Shown: positions 39,463 to 49,404, counted from the first letter of the stretch. The stretch: DNA of 64,000 nt from Calditrichia bacterium (GCA_050633245.1 JBOEGD010000009.1:256001-320000), one strand, 5' to 3'. The notes: generated from the sequence alone by a model not told the origin. Numbers and translations are program-made.

Positions 39463-41904
39463 ATGAAACACGGAGGTTTCAATATGAGACAATCTCTATC
39501 CGTACTTTTTATCTGCCTGCTGTCATTCCAGATTTTCGCACAGCTCGGTTCACCAGACGTCGAAGGGGTTTATGGTGGCAGAGTAAGCTGGATGACCGCA
39601 ACCGCACTGGACTCGCAAACAACCCGTGTGTTCATAGCAACGGAGAGCGCAAATTCCTTATTTTATAGCGACATTGACCACTCGGCAGATTTTCCTGCCT
39701 ATTCTGCCTTTAGCACCGTTGCCGATGTCGACAGCAATGATGGCTTTGGAAGAAATGTAACCGACTTTTCGGTACATGCTGCTTCGGGAACGGTCTTTTT
39801 TCGTCATAACAGCGGACTTTACAGCGTAACGGCAGCAGCTGGTTCCCGGGTGTCAATAGAATCGGGAGGCGTTCAGGCCGTTGCAACCTGGCAGAATTTT
39901 TTGATCTATACACGCCAAAACCCGGCTGGCGTCGAGCTGGTTTTTGGAACCGTTGATCCTGTAAGCGGAGCGTTTACTCCCGCTTCTGCGAGTCCACGCC
40001 AAATATTAAGCGGATTCCCGGCACCGGCTCCCGGCTATGGCCTGCACATAAACCCTGTCGACGAGACGGTTTATTTGTTTATTCCCGGAACGTCACCCGA
40101 AATCTACCAGTCCAGCGATGCAATTGGCAGTCTGTCCTCTACTACCAGCTTTTCGCAGCTGAGTGTAACGGACCTTGGCAGCAGCTATGACTATCGCGTC
40201 AGTGGAATGGCACCCGATGGCCGTCTGTTTGTCGGTACCGTGGCCGGAGTTGAACCTGATCACGGTAAGTTTGTTGGCTATACGGACAACAATGGTGCAA
40301 GCTGGGATACACTGCATACCGGTATTGGTGGAACCCATGGCGCCAATTTTGGTTTTGCCGGCGATAGCAGCAACTACCACGTGTATTTTGGCGTCGCAGC
40401 GAATGACAACAAAGGCAGTTCCGGAAGTTGGCTGCCACTGGCTTCAGGCAGCTTCGAAACGCACCCCAACGACGGGCCGGTTATTGGCGATCCCAATCAC
40501 GCTGAGGTGATCTACATGAGCACCGATATGGGGTTAGGCACCTCCATTAATCAGGGAACGGATATATTCGAAATTAACGACGGCATTGAAGCAGTGCAGA
40601 TAAACGACTTCGATATGAACGCCGACAAAACTATTGCCTGGAGTGCTTCAAAATCTGGTATTCGCCGCGTAACAAATTATGCCGGCAGTTCAGAAAACTG
40701 GTCTGTACACTTTCCAAATGGTGATGGCTCGCCATACTACTCGATAGCAATGGATCATAGTGATAGCAGCGGACAAACCGCTTATGCCGGAAATGTACGT
40801 CTCTACAAAACAACCAATGGCGGTACAAGTTGGACGCGCGTTTTCGATACGCAAGACCCTGCGCACGGCTTTGGTTTTTGGAGTTATATTTCTTCAATCG
40901 AAGTTCACCCGGATGCGGACAATGTTATTCTGATCGGCGTCAATTCTGCACGTATTTCCGGTGTTACCGGCGGTGTGTTTTACAGCGAGGATGCCGGTGC
41001 TTCCTGGAATCGAATTGATACCGGAGTCTACAATACAGAAGTTAGGGATATGCTCGTTACCTACAGCGCGGATAGCACCACAACAATCTACATCGCCTGC
41101 GAATACCTGAGTGACGGAACAACATCTTCCTATGGTGTGAAGAGAATTATTCATCACGACTCTCTTGGAGCACCTTATTTTGAAAACGACATGATTGGCG
41201 AAAGTGGTAGCAACATCACCAATTTTGGTGCATTGAGTCTGGCAGCTAATTCGAATGGTGATGTGTATGCTTCCGGACGTCGCGGTTCGGATGAAGAACC
41301 GCGTATCTACATACTGGAAGCCGATTCCAGTTACTGGAACCTGTTGCCCAGCGGGTCTTTACCTGCTGCCGGAGAAGCAACGGCGATTACCATTGGCATC
41401 GACGAAAACGGCAATGAGGTTCCGTTTACTGCGATTGCTAATGAAATTCATTATCTGCAGAACAACAGCACTTGGCAAACCGGGTATGTTTATCCGGTGG
41501 GAACGGCAATAAACATGCTCTTCTGGGATGATCTTCTCGTTGGAACCGGCACGGGGCTTTATGGTCATTATCTTCAAAACCCTGTCGGTGTGCATAGCAG
41601 TTCAGATAATCAAATCCCCAGTGGCTATTCGTTAGAGCAGAATTATCCAAATCCATTCAACCCATCGACAACCATTCGCTATGCGCTCCCCTATCGCAGT
41701 CGCGTTACGCTGGAAGTGTTCACCATTACCGGTCAGCGGGTGGCTACGCTTGTTAACACGATTCAACCTGCCGCGACTTATTCCGTGCGTTGGACCGCAG
41801 GCAGAATCGCTTCCGGAGTCTACATCTACCGCTTTACAGCAAGCTCATTAGGTGAACAAATTGTTGGGTTTAGCAGTTCCGGTAGGATGACGTTGGTAAA
41901 ATAA
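39463..41904 (+). CDS. Secreted BNR/Asp-box beta-propeller protein with C-terminal sorting domain
   Basis: Signal peptide (probably from MRQSLSV); Asp-box repeats TDNNGASW, TTNGGTSW, SEDAGASW; QNYPNPFNPSTTIRY...ASGVYIY tail. Confidence 0.82.
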   Translation: MKHGGFNMRQSLSVLFICLLSFQIFAQLGSPDVEGVYGGRVSWMTATALDSQTTRVFIATESANSLFYSDIDHSADFPAYSAFSTVADVDSNDGFGRNVTDFSVHAASGTVFFRHNSGLYSVTAAAGSRVSIESGGVQAVATWQNFLIYTRQNPAGVELVFGTVDPVSGAFTPASASPRQILSGFPAPAPGYGLHINPVDETVYLFIPGTSPEIYQSSDAIGSLSSTTSFSQLSVTDLGSSYDYRVSGMAPDGRLFVGTVAGVEPDHGKFVGYTDNNGASWDTLHTGIGGTHGANFGFAGDSSNYHVYFGVAANDNKGSSGSWLPLASGSFETHPNDGPVIGDPNHAEVIYMSTDMGLGTSINQGTDIFEINDGIEAVQINDFDMNADKTIAWSASKSGIRRVTNYAGSSENWSVHFPNGDGSPYYSIAMDHSDSSGQTAYAGNVRLYKTTNGGTSWTRVFDTQDPAHGFGFWSYISSIEVHPDADNVILIGVNSARISGVTGGVFYSEDAGASWNRIDTGVYNTEVRDMLVTYSADSTTTIYIACEYLSDGTTSSYGVKRIIHHDSLGAPYFENDMIGESGSNITNFGALSLAANSNGDVYASGRRGSDEEPRIYILEADSSYWNLLPSGSLPAAGEATAITIGIDENGNEVPFTAIANEIHYLQNNSTWQTGYVYPVGTAINMLFWDDLLVGTGTGLYGHYLQNPVGVHSSSDNQIPSGYSLEQNYPNPFNPSTTIRYALPYRSRVTLEVFTITGQRVATLVNTIQPAATYSVRWTAGRIASGVYIYRFTASSLGEQIVGFSSSGRMTLVK

Positions 41905-41923
41905 TTTGTGGGGAAACATATAT

Positions 41924-41963
41924 CAAAACTCCGCGAAGGTTTAAAAGCCGGAGCGGAGTTTTG
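41924..41963. terminator. Probable bidirectional terminator between convergent genes
   Basis: CAAAACTCCGC...GCGGAGTTTTG 11-bp inverted repeat. Confidence 0.7.
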
Positions 41964-41983
41964 TTATTTGTAGATTGAGAGTA

Positions 41984-43003
41984 TCACGACTTAATAAAGA
42001 TCTTCAAACCCTCGGTGCAGTTGCGGCACATCTCGATGCTGTCGCGGTCGCGCACCACCATTTTGCGGAAACGCTGATAGTTATCACCCTGCCAAATGTC
42101 GGCAAAAGTATCTTCCTCGACCGTACCCAGAGTGAAATCTGCGTCTTTATCGAAGCAGCAGGGAATCACCTGCTTATCCCAGGTTATCGCCGATCCATAC
42201 CAAAGTTTGCTACAGTAGCCTGAGTAGGATCCTTTTAATTGGTATTGATCATCCACTTTTTCATAGCGGCGATATTTCGGATTCTCAGGAAGCGTGTCCT
42301 CTGCGTTATCAAAATCGTAGATTTGTGGAGACTTGAAGATCACCCGGTCGACCCCAAGCTCTTTGCCAAGAACTTTAATATCAGACATCTCATGTTCATT
42401 ATGTCGCATCACAATAAACTGCAGATCAGCACGGGGAAAGCGTTTTCCCAGCTTTTTCCTGGCATCGGTAAAGTGTTTTACACCGCGCGTTACGCGATGA
42501 AAATGTCCTGCCAGGCGGTAAATTTTATAGGTCTCTTCCGTTGCACCATCAACAGATAAAATCAGCCTTCCCAACTTGCTCTCCGCCAGCTCATGAGCAA
42601 ACTCGGGGTTTGCCAATCGCGTACCATTGGTGCTGATGGTTACGAAAATGCCCTTTTCATACGCGTAGTTAATCATTTTAATAATGTCGGGGTTGATAAA
42701 CGACTCACCTTGAAAAAACAGCAAGAGCAAGACGGTATAGTCTGCTATTTCATCAATAATTTTCCGATAGTCATCAATACTCATGTATCCCTGCGGCCGC
42801 AAAAGCGTTTGAAGACCAACAGGACACTGCGGACAGCGTAGATTACAGTGAGATGTGGGCTCAATAATGAACGTATATGGTTTACCCCAAACCGTATAGC
42901 GCCCGGTAGTGCGGGAAAGCGTGTATGAGGAGAGAGTTTTTGCAATATTAACGGCTTTTTTAGGACTTGCGAAGCGACTAAGAAACTTAATGTCCTGAAT
43001 CAT
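41984..43003 (-). CDS. Radical SAM protein with SPASM/twitch domain
   Basis: CNLRCPQC, FQGES, ISTNG, LSVDG, C..LW...IPCCFD...CRNC; start placed at MIQDIKF behind GAGGA because the track start lies inside a terminator. Confidence 0.9.
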   Translation of the reverse strand: MIQDIKFLSRFASPKKAVNIAKTLSSYTLSRTTGRYTVWGKPYTFIIEPTSHCNLRCPQCPVGLQTLLRPQGYMSIDDYRKIIDEIADYTVLLLLFFQGESFINPDIIKMINYAYEKGIFVTISTNGTRLANPEFAHELAESKLGRLILSVDGATEETYKIYRLAGHFHRVTRGVKHFTDARKKLGKRFPRADLQFIVMRHNEHEMSDIKVLGKELGVDRVIFKSPQIYDFDNAEDTLPENPKYRRYEKVDDQYQLKGSYSGYCSKLWYGSAITWDKQVIPCCFDKDADFTLGTVEEDTFADIWQGDNYQRFRKMVVRDRDSIEMCRNCTEGLKIFIKS

Positions 43004-43019
43004 GGAATCCTCTGGGGTT

Positions 43020-43049
43020 AAAAAAAAGGGACATGCGAACATGTCCCTT
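43020..43049 (-). terminator. Intrinsic terminator immediately upstream of the radical SAM gene
   Basis: AAGGGACATG-TTCG-CATGTCCCTT followed by T-run (T8 including stem base). Confidence 0.88.
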
Positions 43050-43117
43050 AAAGCGGCGACGAGGCTTTGTCTTGTAAAGCAAGGTGGGAGGTTGCTGGTA
43101 GGCTGAACCTCATCGCC
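43020..43117 (-). ncRNA. Candidate ~100-nt sRNA or attenuator/riboswitch leader (family not recognised)
   Basis: Bounded by a consensus promoter and a terminator; 12-bp closing stem GGCGAUGAGGUU/AGCCUCGUCGCC; C-rich CAACCUCCCACC inside. Confidence 0.55.
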
Positions 43118-43123
43118 TTGTAG

Positions 43124-43152
43124 AATTTATACGACAAACCTGTCAATGTCAA
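43124..43152 (-). promoter_or_regulatory. Sigma70-type promoter
   Basis: TTGACA (43152-43147), 17 nt, TAAATT (43129-43124). Confidence 0.7.
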
Positions 43153-43172
43153 GCTAATTCACGACGATAATT

Positions 43173-44522
43173 CTAGCCAATAAACGCCTTGGCAGCTCTT
43201 GGAAACGCATAATGCAGTTCCAGAACCTCCCAACGTTCATCTCGTAAAATAAGTGTGGCTTGAAGAATATCGCCCTGCTTTAAGCGGACAAAGGCATTAG
43301 AAGGTAAGTAGACATTCTCGATTGTATTGCCAAATTGCATATCACTTAAGTCCAGCGTGTGCCGGGTACGACTGCGAAAATCTTTAATCTCATAAAATCC
43401 ACTAAGCTGCTTCACTTCATCACTACCACGCAGCAACATGACATCAAAAAGACTATAATCTTCCATATATTGTTTCAATGTGGCAATTACTCGCGGCACT
43501 TCGGTTTTCACGCGCTCGTAATACATCGCAAAGCGTTTTTTGTGGTTTACACCATAGGTATTCGCTACCCAGTTCACATAGCGAGCTGTCGTTTGAAAGA
43601 GTCTTGGAATGCGCTCAATTTCTTCATTCGAAAATTTTTGTACAACCCAGACGGTTAGAAATTCAAGTAGACGTTCTTCACTTAACTCATAGACATTACG
43701 AGCGTTGGCATGTTCAATCAGGTAATCACGAAACTCTTCGATATCCTGTTCAATAAACTCCGCTACATCTTCAGAGTTTATGCTGCGATCATCAATAAAT
43801 TTACGAATGGATACTGAAATGTCTTCATAGGGGCGATTCCAGTCCTCTTCAGCTGCCTCAGTAGCAAACTGAGTATCCTCGTTCCATTCGGGCTTTGCCC
43901 CCGACTCTTCTTCTCGTCCGAGTAAGTCTTCAAAATGATCGATTGCTGAATCTGCGGGACGCTCCAGAAGCGAATGACCTTCTTTGCGAATATATTCAAT
44001 CAAAATATCTTCAACGAAATCTGCCAGTTCAATGATCTCAAAATCTTCCTCATCGATTTCCACACCCACTTCTTCAAAATAGAACTGCAGAAGGGTGTCT
44101 AAAATAACATGATCCATTAACTCAATGCGAAAGTTCTTTTCGCGAATAATGCCTTCTGTGAGGAATGATCGCAGACTGCTCAAGCGTTTTTGTACGGGCT
44201 CCCCGTCTTTTTTTGAAGAGAGCGAACTGCCATTGAGATCGAGGATGTGGTTCAGACTGTGGTCATCGTAGCCATTTTCTTCTACGAAGCACTCAAAGCT
44301 ATCGCCGATATTAAAGCAAAGAGTTCCAATATTTTCCTTTTCCAGGAACAGCCCGGAATCACTACGGGTTTCTATAAAGAAGCGTTTTTCAAGCTGGTGG
44401 GCGAGATGATTAATCATCAGATAAATAAAATAGTCGAGGTTGGTCAGTTCATAGACCTCCTTATCCCAGCTTTCCACAAATTCCCTTGCGGAAATGAACG
44501 GTTTGTAGTAGTGTTGCGACAA
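43173..44522 (-). CDS. Hypothetical acidic cytoplasmic protein
   Basis: 449-aa ORF, TTG start behind GAGG, very Glu/Asp-rich; no family confidently recognised. Confidence 0.75.
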   Translation of the reverse strand: MSQHYYKPFISAREFVESWDKEVYELTNLDYFIYLMINHLAHQLEKRFFIETRSDSGLFLEKENIGTLCFNIGDSFECFVEENGYDDHSLNHILDLNGSSLSSKKDGEPVQKRLSSLRSFLTEGIIREKNFRIELMDHVILDTLLQFYFEEVGVEIDEEDFEIIELADFVEDILIEYIRKEGHSLLERPADSAIDHFEDLLGREEESGAKPEWNEDTQFATEAAEEDWNRPYEDISVSIRKFIDDRSINSEDVAEFIEQDIEEFRDYLIEHANARNVYELSEERLLEFLTVWVVQKFSNEEIERIPRLFQTTARYVNWVANTYGVNHKKRFAMYYERVKTEVPRVIATLKQYMEDYSLFDVMLLRGSDEVKQLSGFYEIKDFRSRTRHTLDLSDMQFGNTIENVYLPSNAFVRLKQGDILQATLILRDERWEVLELHYAFPRAAKAFIG

Positions 44523-44611
44523 CCCCGTAACCTCGATTACGTTAATTTTCCTCGATGAATTTAATACCTCATCTAAAACTAATCAACAACAATTTCGGTA
44601 TATTCTCATCA

Positions 44612-46450
44612 TTATGATGTCTTTTGAAGTTTTGCATGAGGAAGATCGTTTTGCTCACGGTATTGCAGCTCGTAAAGTTTGAAATACAGACTGCGATTTT
44701 TCAACAGTTCCTGATGTGTACCCTGCTCCCGAATTCGGCCCTTGTGCATCACAACAATCTGATCGACGTGTTGGATCGTCGACAGGCGGTGAGCGATCAC
44801 AATCGCCGTACGCCCCTGTAGCACGACTTCCAGTGCCTCTTGTATTAACGCCTCAGATTCGCTGTCAATATTTGCGGTCGCTTCATCCAGGAGTAAAACG
44901 TCCGGATCCATCGCAAGAGCTCTGGCCAAACTCAGCAGTTGCTTTTGGCCAACAGAGAAATTACTCCCGCGCTCGCGAACAACCGATTGATATCCATTGG
45001 GTAATTTTTCGATAAAGTCATGTGCATTAACCATCTTCGCGGCATGAATAACCGTTTCTTCCGAAATGTCTTCCCGGTTCATTCGAATATTGTCCAGGAT
45101 GGTCCCCGAGAACAGAAAGACATCCTGTAGTACAATCGTCATACGGCTCCGCAGATTCTGCACATCCCAATCGCGGATCTCATTACCATCTACCAGGATC
45201 TGGCCCTGTTGGATATCATATAGCCTTCCGAGTAAACGCAGCATTGTGGTTTTCCCCGAGCCGGTATGCCCAACTAAGGCATAACGCTTTCCGGCGGGAA
45301 TATGAAGATTAATATCGCGCAAAACCGGTTCTTCTTCGTATGCAAAGCAAACGTCCTTAAACTGCATTTCTCCGGCGATGCGTTCCTGTTGATGCCCATT
45401 TTCCGGAGAAACGATACGTGGCTTTGTGTCTAACAGTTTAAAAATACGTTCAGAAGATGCAAGCGCTCCTTGCAGCACATTGTATTTATCAGATAAATCG
45501 CTGATCGGGCGAAAAAACATGCGCGCATACTGAATAAAGGCGATGAGTACACCTAAGGTTACCACCTCACTGGTTATCAGCCAGCCACCGCGAAAAATAA
45601 TGATCGCCAATGCCGTCGCACTGACAATTTCTACCACCGGAAAAAACACGGCGTAGTAAAATATAGTGCGGATAAAGGCTTCAGCATGCTCCCAGTTAAT
45701 CTTGCGAAAGCGTTTTAGATCTTCCTCTTCACGGTTGAATAGCTGCACTATGCCCATTCCTGATATACGCTCCTGCAAAAAAGAGTTGATATTCGCCAGA
45801 TAGAGACGAATTTCTCCATATGCAGAGCGGACTTTTTTGCGAAAGACAAACGAGGCAATAAACAGTAACGGAATTACGGAGAACGTCCAGAGCGCCAGCT
45901 CCAGATTAATCGACACCATCATAATCACGATACCCACAATCATAAAGATATCGCCAAATATCATTACCAAACCCTGAGTAAACATCTGATTTAGCGCTTC
46001 GACGTCTGAGGTAACACGCGTCATCAGGCGTCCAACCGGATTGCGATCGTAATATTGCTGATGAAGATGCTGAAGGTGAGTAAAGATCTCATTGCGAAGA
46101 TCGAAAATAATTTTCTGGCCAATATACTGCGTCAATAAAATTTGGAAGTAGCGAATCAGAAAAACGCCGGTTAGAACGCCAACATAAATTCCAACTATCT
46201 GAAGGAGACCGCCGGAATCTCCTTTAACAATATGATCATCGACAGCAATTTTTATCAGGTAGGGACCAACCGTTTCCAGGATGGCGGCAATAATAATAAG
46301 CAAAACAGCAATAACAATAATCAGGCTATATGGCTTACCATAGCGCAGTAGTCGACCGAGCATATCGGTGTCGACGGCGCGGGTGGTAATTAAATCATCA
46401 TCAAGTCTTTTTTTTGCCGGCTTTTTATCAACAGTGTTTTTTGAGGTCAT
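44612..46450 (-). CDS. ABC exporter, fused permease/ATPase (MsbA/MdlB-like)
   Basis: Six TM helices, VGRLMTRVTSD, GHTGSGKT, FSVGQKQ, LLDEATAN, IAHRLST. Confidence 0.93.
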   Translation of the reverse strand: MTSKNTVDKKPAKKRLDDDLITTRAVDTDMLGRLLRYGKPYSLIIVIAVLLIIIAAILETVGPYLIKIAVDDHIVKGDSGGLLQIVGIYVGVLTGVFLIRYFQILLTQYIGQKIIFDLRNEIFTHLQHLHQQYYDRNPVGRLMTRVTSDVEALNQMFTQGLVMIFGDIFMIVGIVIMMVSINLELALWTFSVIPLLFIASFVFRKKVRSAYGEIRLYLANINSFLQERISGMGIVQLFNREEEDLKRFRKINWEHAEAFIRTIFYYAVFFPVVEIVSATALAIIIFRGGWLITSEVVTLGVLIAFIQYARMFFRPISDLSDKYNVLQGALASSERIFKLLDTKPRIVSPENGHQQERIAGEMQFKDVCFAYEEEPVLRDINLHIPAGKRYALVGHTGSGKTTMLRLLGRLYDIQQGQILVDGNEIRDWDVQNLRSRMTIVLQDVFLFSGTILDNIRMNREDISEETVIHAAKMVNAHDFIEKLPNGYQSVVRERGSNFSVGQKQLLSLARALAMDPDVLLLDEATANIDSESEALIQEALEVVLQGRTAIVIAHRLSTIQHVDQIVVMHKGRIREQGTHQELLKNRSLYFKLYELQYREQNDLPHAKLQKTS

Positions 46451-46532
46451 GTGTTTTTAGACGCAGAGTATTAGTAAACGTTACGTGAATTTAGAAATTA
46501 GATAATATAACAGAATGAATTTGCAATTTGAC

Positions 46533-46604
46533 TTTGTCATCTCGAGCGGAATAGAGAGTCTAAAAGGCGCTCAATAGGGCTTCGACTTCGCCCAGCTTGA
46601 CAAA
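46533..46604. repeat. REP-like imperfect palindrome (TGTCAT.TCGAGCG...CTTCG..CAG..TGACA type)
   Basis: TTTGTCATCTCGAGCGGA...GGCTTCGACTTCGCCCAGCTTGACAAA; terminal TTTGTCA/TGACAAA inverted repeat. Confidence 0.6.
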
Positions 46605-46641
46605 ATTTGAGAAGAAAGATATATCAAATATTGCAGGCTAA

Positions 46642-47319
46642 CTAAACAAGAAAAGACCCACCAATTTTACAGATTCTGCCTTTCAGACTGATCGCCGCCA
46701 GTTTTTCAACAAATTCGTTCGGATCGGCCTGGATAATGTCAAAGGTATCAAAATGCATCGGTAAATACGATTTCGCCTGTAAAAAATCTGCTGCTATAAC
46801 GGCATCGTCGATGCCCATGGTATAGTTGTCACCTATGGGTAAAATTGCAAGATCAATTGAGTTCAACTCGCCAATCAATTTCATATCATAAAAGAGGCCG
46901 GTATCGCCGGCATGATAGATCGTCTTCTCATCCACCGTTAAAAGAATTCCGGCCGGATGCTCGGTAAATCCACCGTCATGAGTCGAGAGGCTGTGGTGGG
47001 CAATTGTAAACTTAACCCGACCGAATGGAAATTGATAAGCGCCTCCAATACTCATGGCGTGTGCATCCACGCCTTCCGAGATGCAATATTTTGCCAGTTC
47101 ATTGGCTGCAATTACCGTCGCATTATTTCGTTTGGCAATGGCAATTGTGTCTCCCAGGTGGTCGGTATGTCCATGTGTTAGCAAGATATAATCGACGTTT
47201 ACCTGCTCCGGCGTCAGTACGGCCATGGGATTTCCGGTAAGAAATGGATCTATAGCGAGACGGGCCTTACTGGTTTCAATTAAGAAGCCGGAATGTCCAA
47301 GAAATGTAAGTTCGGGCAT
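46642..47319 (-). CDS. Metal-dependent hydrolase, metallo-beta-lactamase fold (UPF0173)
   Basis: [42 protein letters not shown]. Confidence 0.92.
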   Translation of the reverse strand: MPELTFLGHSGFLIETSKARLAIDPFLTGNPMAVLTPEQVNVDYILLTHGHTDHLGDTIAIAKRNNATVIAANELAKYCISEGVDAHAMSIGGAYQFPFGRVKFTIAHHSLSTHDGGFTEHPAGILLTVDEKTIYHAGDTGLFYDMKLIGELNSIDLAILPIGDNYTMGIDDAVIAADFLQAKSYLPMHFDTFDIIQADPNEFVEKLAAISLKGRICKIGGSFLV

Positions 47320-47407
47320 GGCAAGACCTTTCAGAATACGGATTCAATGCGTACAGAAAGCGCAATGTAAGCAATTCCGTCTGGATTGAAAAGTCGTTTC
47401 CAGACAT

Positions 47408-47443
47408 AAAAAAAGGGAAATCGCAAAGCAATTTCCCTTTTTT
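47408..47443 (-). terminator. Intrinsic terminator of rplU-rpmA
   Basis: AAAAAAGGGAAAT...ATTTCCCTTTTTT inverted repeat with flanking A/T runs, 22 nt after rpmA stop. Confidence 0.85.
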
Positions 47444-47464
47444 AAAATCGATAGTTGCAAGAAC

Positions 47465-47719
47465 CTATGCAGGAACAACGCTTACTTTAGTGCGCTTCTT
47501 GTCCTTACGCTCAAACTTTACCTTGCCATCGACAAGGGCAAAGAGAGAATCATCACCGGCGCGTTTTACATTGTCGCCTGGATGCCATTTGGTTCCGCGC
47601 TGGCGAATAATAATGCTTCCGGCAGTAACGGCTTCACCACCGAAGGCTTTTACGCCTAACATTTTAGGATTACTGTCGCGTCCGTTTCGGGAGCTACCGA
47701 CACCTTTTTTATGAGCCAT
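47465..47719 (-). CDS. rpmA: 50S ribosomal protein L27
   Basis: [22 protein letters not shown]. Confidence 0.99.
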   Translation of the reverse strand: MAHKKGVGSSRNGRDSNPKMLGVKAFGGEAVTAGSIIIRQRGTKWHPGDNVKRAGDDSLFALVDGKVKFERKDKKRTKVSVVPA

Positions 47720-47732
47720 GAGTTACCTCCGT

Positions 47733-48044
47733 TTAGCCGGCAATCTTACTAATTTCGACGGTGGTGAAATGCTGACGATGTCCGTTCATCACCCGATAGC
47801 CTTTGCGGCGTTTTTTCTTAAAAACGATTACTTTCTTATCACGGCCATTGTCGACAACCTTAGCTTCTACTGAGGCTTTCTCGACTGTCGGTCGGCCAGT
47901 CTTTACTTCTTTTCCATTATCGAGAAGGAGAACGCGGTCAAATTTAACCTTGTCTCCGGCTTCTTTTCCAAGAAACGGAACCTTAACCGTCTGATCCTTC
48001 TCTACCCGGAACTGCTTCCCGGCAATTTCTACAATCGCATACAT
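47733..48044 (-). CDS. rplU: 50S ribosomal protein L21
   Basis: MYAIVEIAGKQFRV...FKKKRRKGY...GHRQ; start at ATG 48044 behind GGAG. Confidence 0.98.
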   Translation of the reverse strand: MYAIVEIAGKQFRVEKDQTVKVPFLGKEAGDKVKFDRVLLLDNGKEVKTGRPTVEKASVEAKVVDNGRDKKVIVFKKKRRKGYRVMNGHRQHFTTVEISKIAG

Positions 48045-48092
48045 CGCTTTTTTCTCCAGATATATCAAATGCTTCTTCAATTCAGGCAAGAA

Positions 48093-48123
48093 CAAAGATA
48101 GGTGGACACGGGGGGTTAGTCAA
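48093..48123 (-). promoter_or_regulatory. Promoter of rplU-rpmA
   Basis: TTGACT (48123-48118), 17 nt, TATCTT(TG) (48100-48093). Confidence 0.65.
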
Positions 48124-48261
48124 GACGAAAATTTAAATTTATCTGCTTTTTAAGACGCCACGGCAGAATTAAAAAATAATTCGTATGCCGGAGTTTGTCA
48201 AATCCTCAGCAGAGGCAATAAAACAGCAAAATAGAAATAGCTTAAAAATTCAAAGTTAAGA

Positions 48262-48633
48262 TTAATCATCCATCCCTAACTCGGCCGGTGGTCTGAGGAT
48301 ACTTACAAACCGCGAGCTAAAAAATTTCACCCATACTCTCTTGGAGCGACGGGGATTACTCCAAAAATTTATCGTGGTTACCCATACAATATATGGATTT
48401 CCACCACGCTTTTGGGCAAGAAGCAAGTAAATGTCGCAACTGTCATCATACGAAGTAGATAAAATAATGCTGTCATCGAGTGCTTCATGATAAATCACGA
48501 GTCTTTCTTGGCTCTCATGAGTGATGCGTACAGCTGGTTGGATATACCGCTTCACAGTCTTCCACTGTGCTGCTGCAGGCGTTTGAAAAAAAGCAGTCAT
48601 AATGAACATCAGCAATATACTTTTGCCATTCAT
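48262..48633 (-). CDS. Small secreted hypothetical protein
   Basis: Sec signal ending PAAA-Q; starts 3 nt after upstream stop, last gene of the kinase operon. Confidence 0.6.
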   Translation of the reverse strand: MNGKSILLMFIMTAFFQTPAAAQWKTVKRYIQPAVRITHESQERLVIYHEALDDSIILSTSYDDSCDIYLLLAQKRGGNPYIVWVTTINFWSNPRRSKRVWVKFFSSRFVSILRPPAELGMDD

Positions 48634-48636
48634 ATC

Positions 48637-49404
48637 CTACTCCCGGTCAAAATCGAAGTAATAGGTGACATTCAATACGGTGTCATTACCGCCGTTGGCA
48701 ATTGGAAAATTGCGCCGCAGCATCAGCTCGAAGCCGCGAAACGTATAGCTCATACTCATATCTACGCCACTGTTTTTGATGAAGGCAAAGGTTTTGTCTG
48801 CATCTCCCGCGGGGGAAAGCGGATCGACAATTCCATTGAGCGCGTAAAATCCGGTAAGATATAGACCAATACTATTCCACCAGGTTCCGATACCACCGAT
48901 CCCTTGAAAGCGACCAAACTTATTCAAAATAAAACCGACATATCCGGAAGGATAAAAACTATTGCTCTGAACGTACCCTAAACCCTCCTGAGAGAAAAAA
49001 ACCAGGTTGGCCTGAATATCAGTATCCGTCGCGTAAAGAGGTTGAGCAGGTTCTGTATCACCGTAAACACCCATGCGCCCCTTAATGTCAAGACGCATTT
49101 TGGAGGAAAAAACCCAGTCGTAACCAACCAGGAGCATCAGACCATCTTCTACAACACCGGCAGCCGTCTCTTCGTCCTTCGTACAATACTGATAGTTCAA
49201 CCCAAACAAAGATCGTCCTTTTCCAAACAACAGCGTTGTATTGTGCCGATAAAACTGCGGGGTTCGGGTTGCTCCTCCAACCTTTACTTCTGATATGCGC
49301 ATATAAGAATATTCGGCCACAACGTCATCTATAATTTGTGCTGAAGACTCGGAGGATAGCAAACAGAGGATTGGAAAAACAAATATCATTGCTCGGAACT
49401 GCAT
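48637..49404 (-). CDS. Putative outer-membrane beta-barrel protein
   Basis: Signal peptide (SSA-Q), alternating amphipathic strands rich in Y/F/G, aromatic C-terminal strand LNVTYYFDF; alternative ATG 49389 overlaps upstream TGA. Confidence 0.6.
   Translation of the reverse strand: MQFRAMIFVFPILCLLSSESSAQIIDDVVAEYSYMRISEVKVGGATRTPQFYRHNTTLLFGKGRSLFGLNYQYCTKDEETAAGVVEDGLMLLVGYDWVFSSKMRLDIKGRMGVYGDTEPAQPLYATDTDIQANLVFFSQEGLGYVQSNSFYPSGYVGFILNKFGRFQGIGGIGTWWNSIGLYLTGFYALNGIVDPLSPAGDADKTFAFIKNSGVDMSMSYTFRGFELMLRRNFPIANGGNDTVLNVTYYFDFDRE

Noticed and set aside
43055-43120. Fluoride or preQ1-I riboswitch assignment
   Set aside because: 5' GGCGAUGAGGUUC is similar, but the fluoride AAAC..GC/GCUGAUG elements and the preQ1 A-rich 3' tail are absent, and the downstream gene fits neither. 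Kept only as an unclassified RNA.
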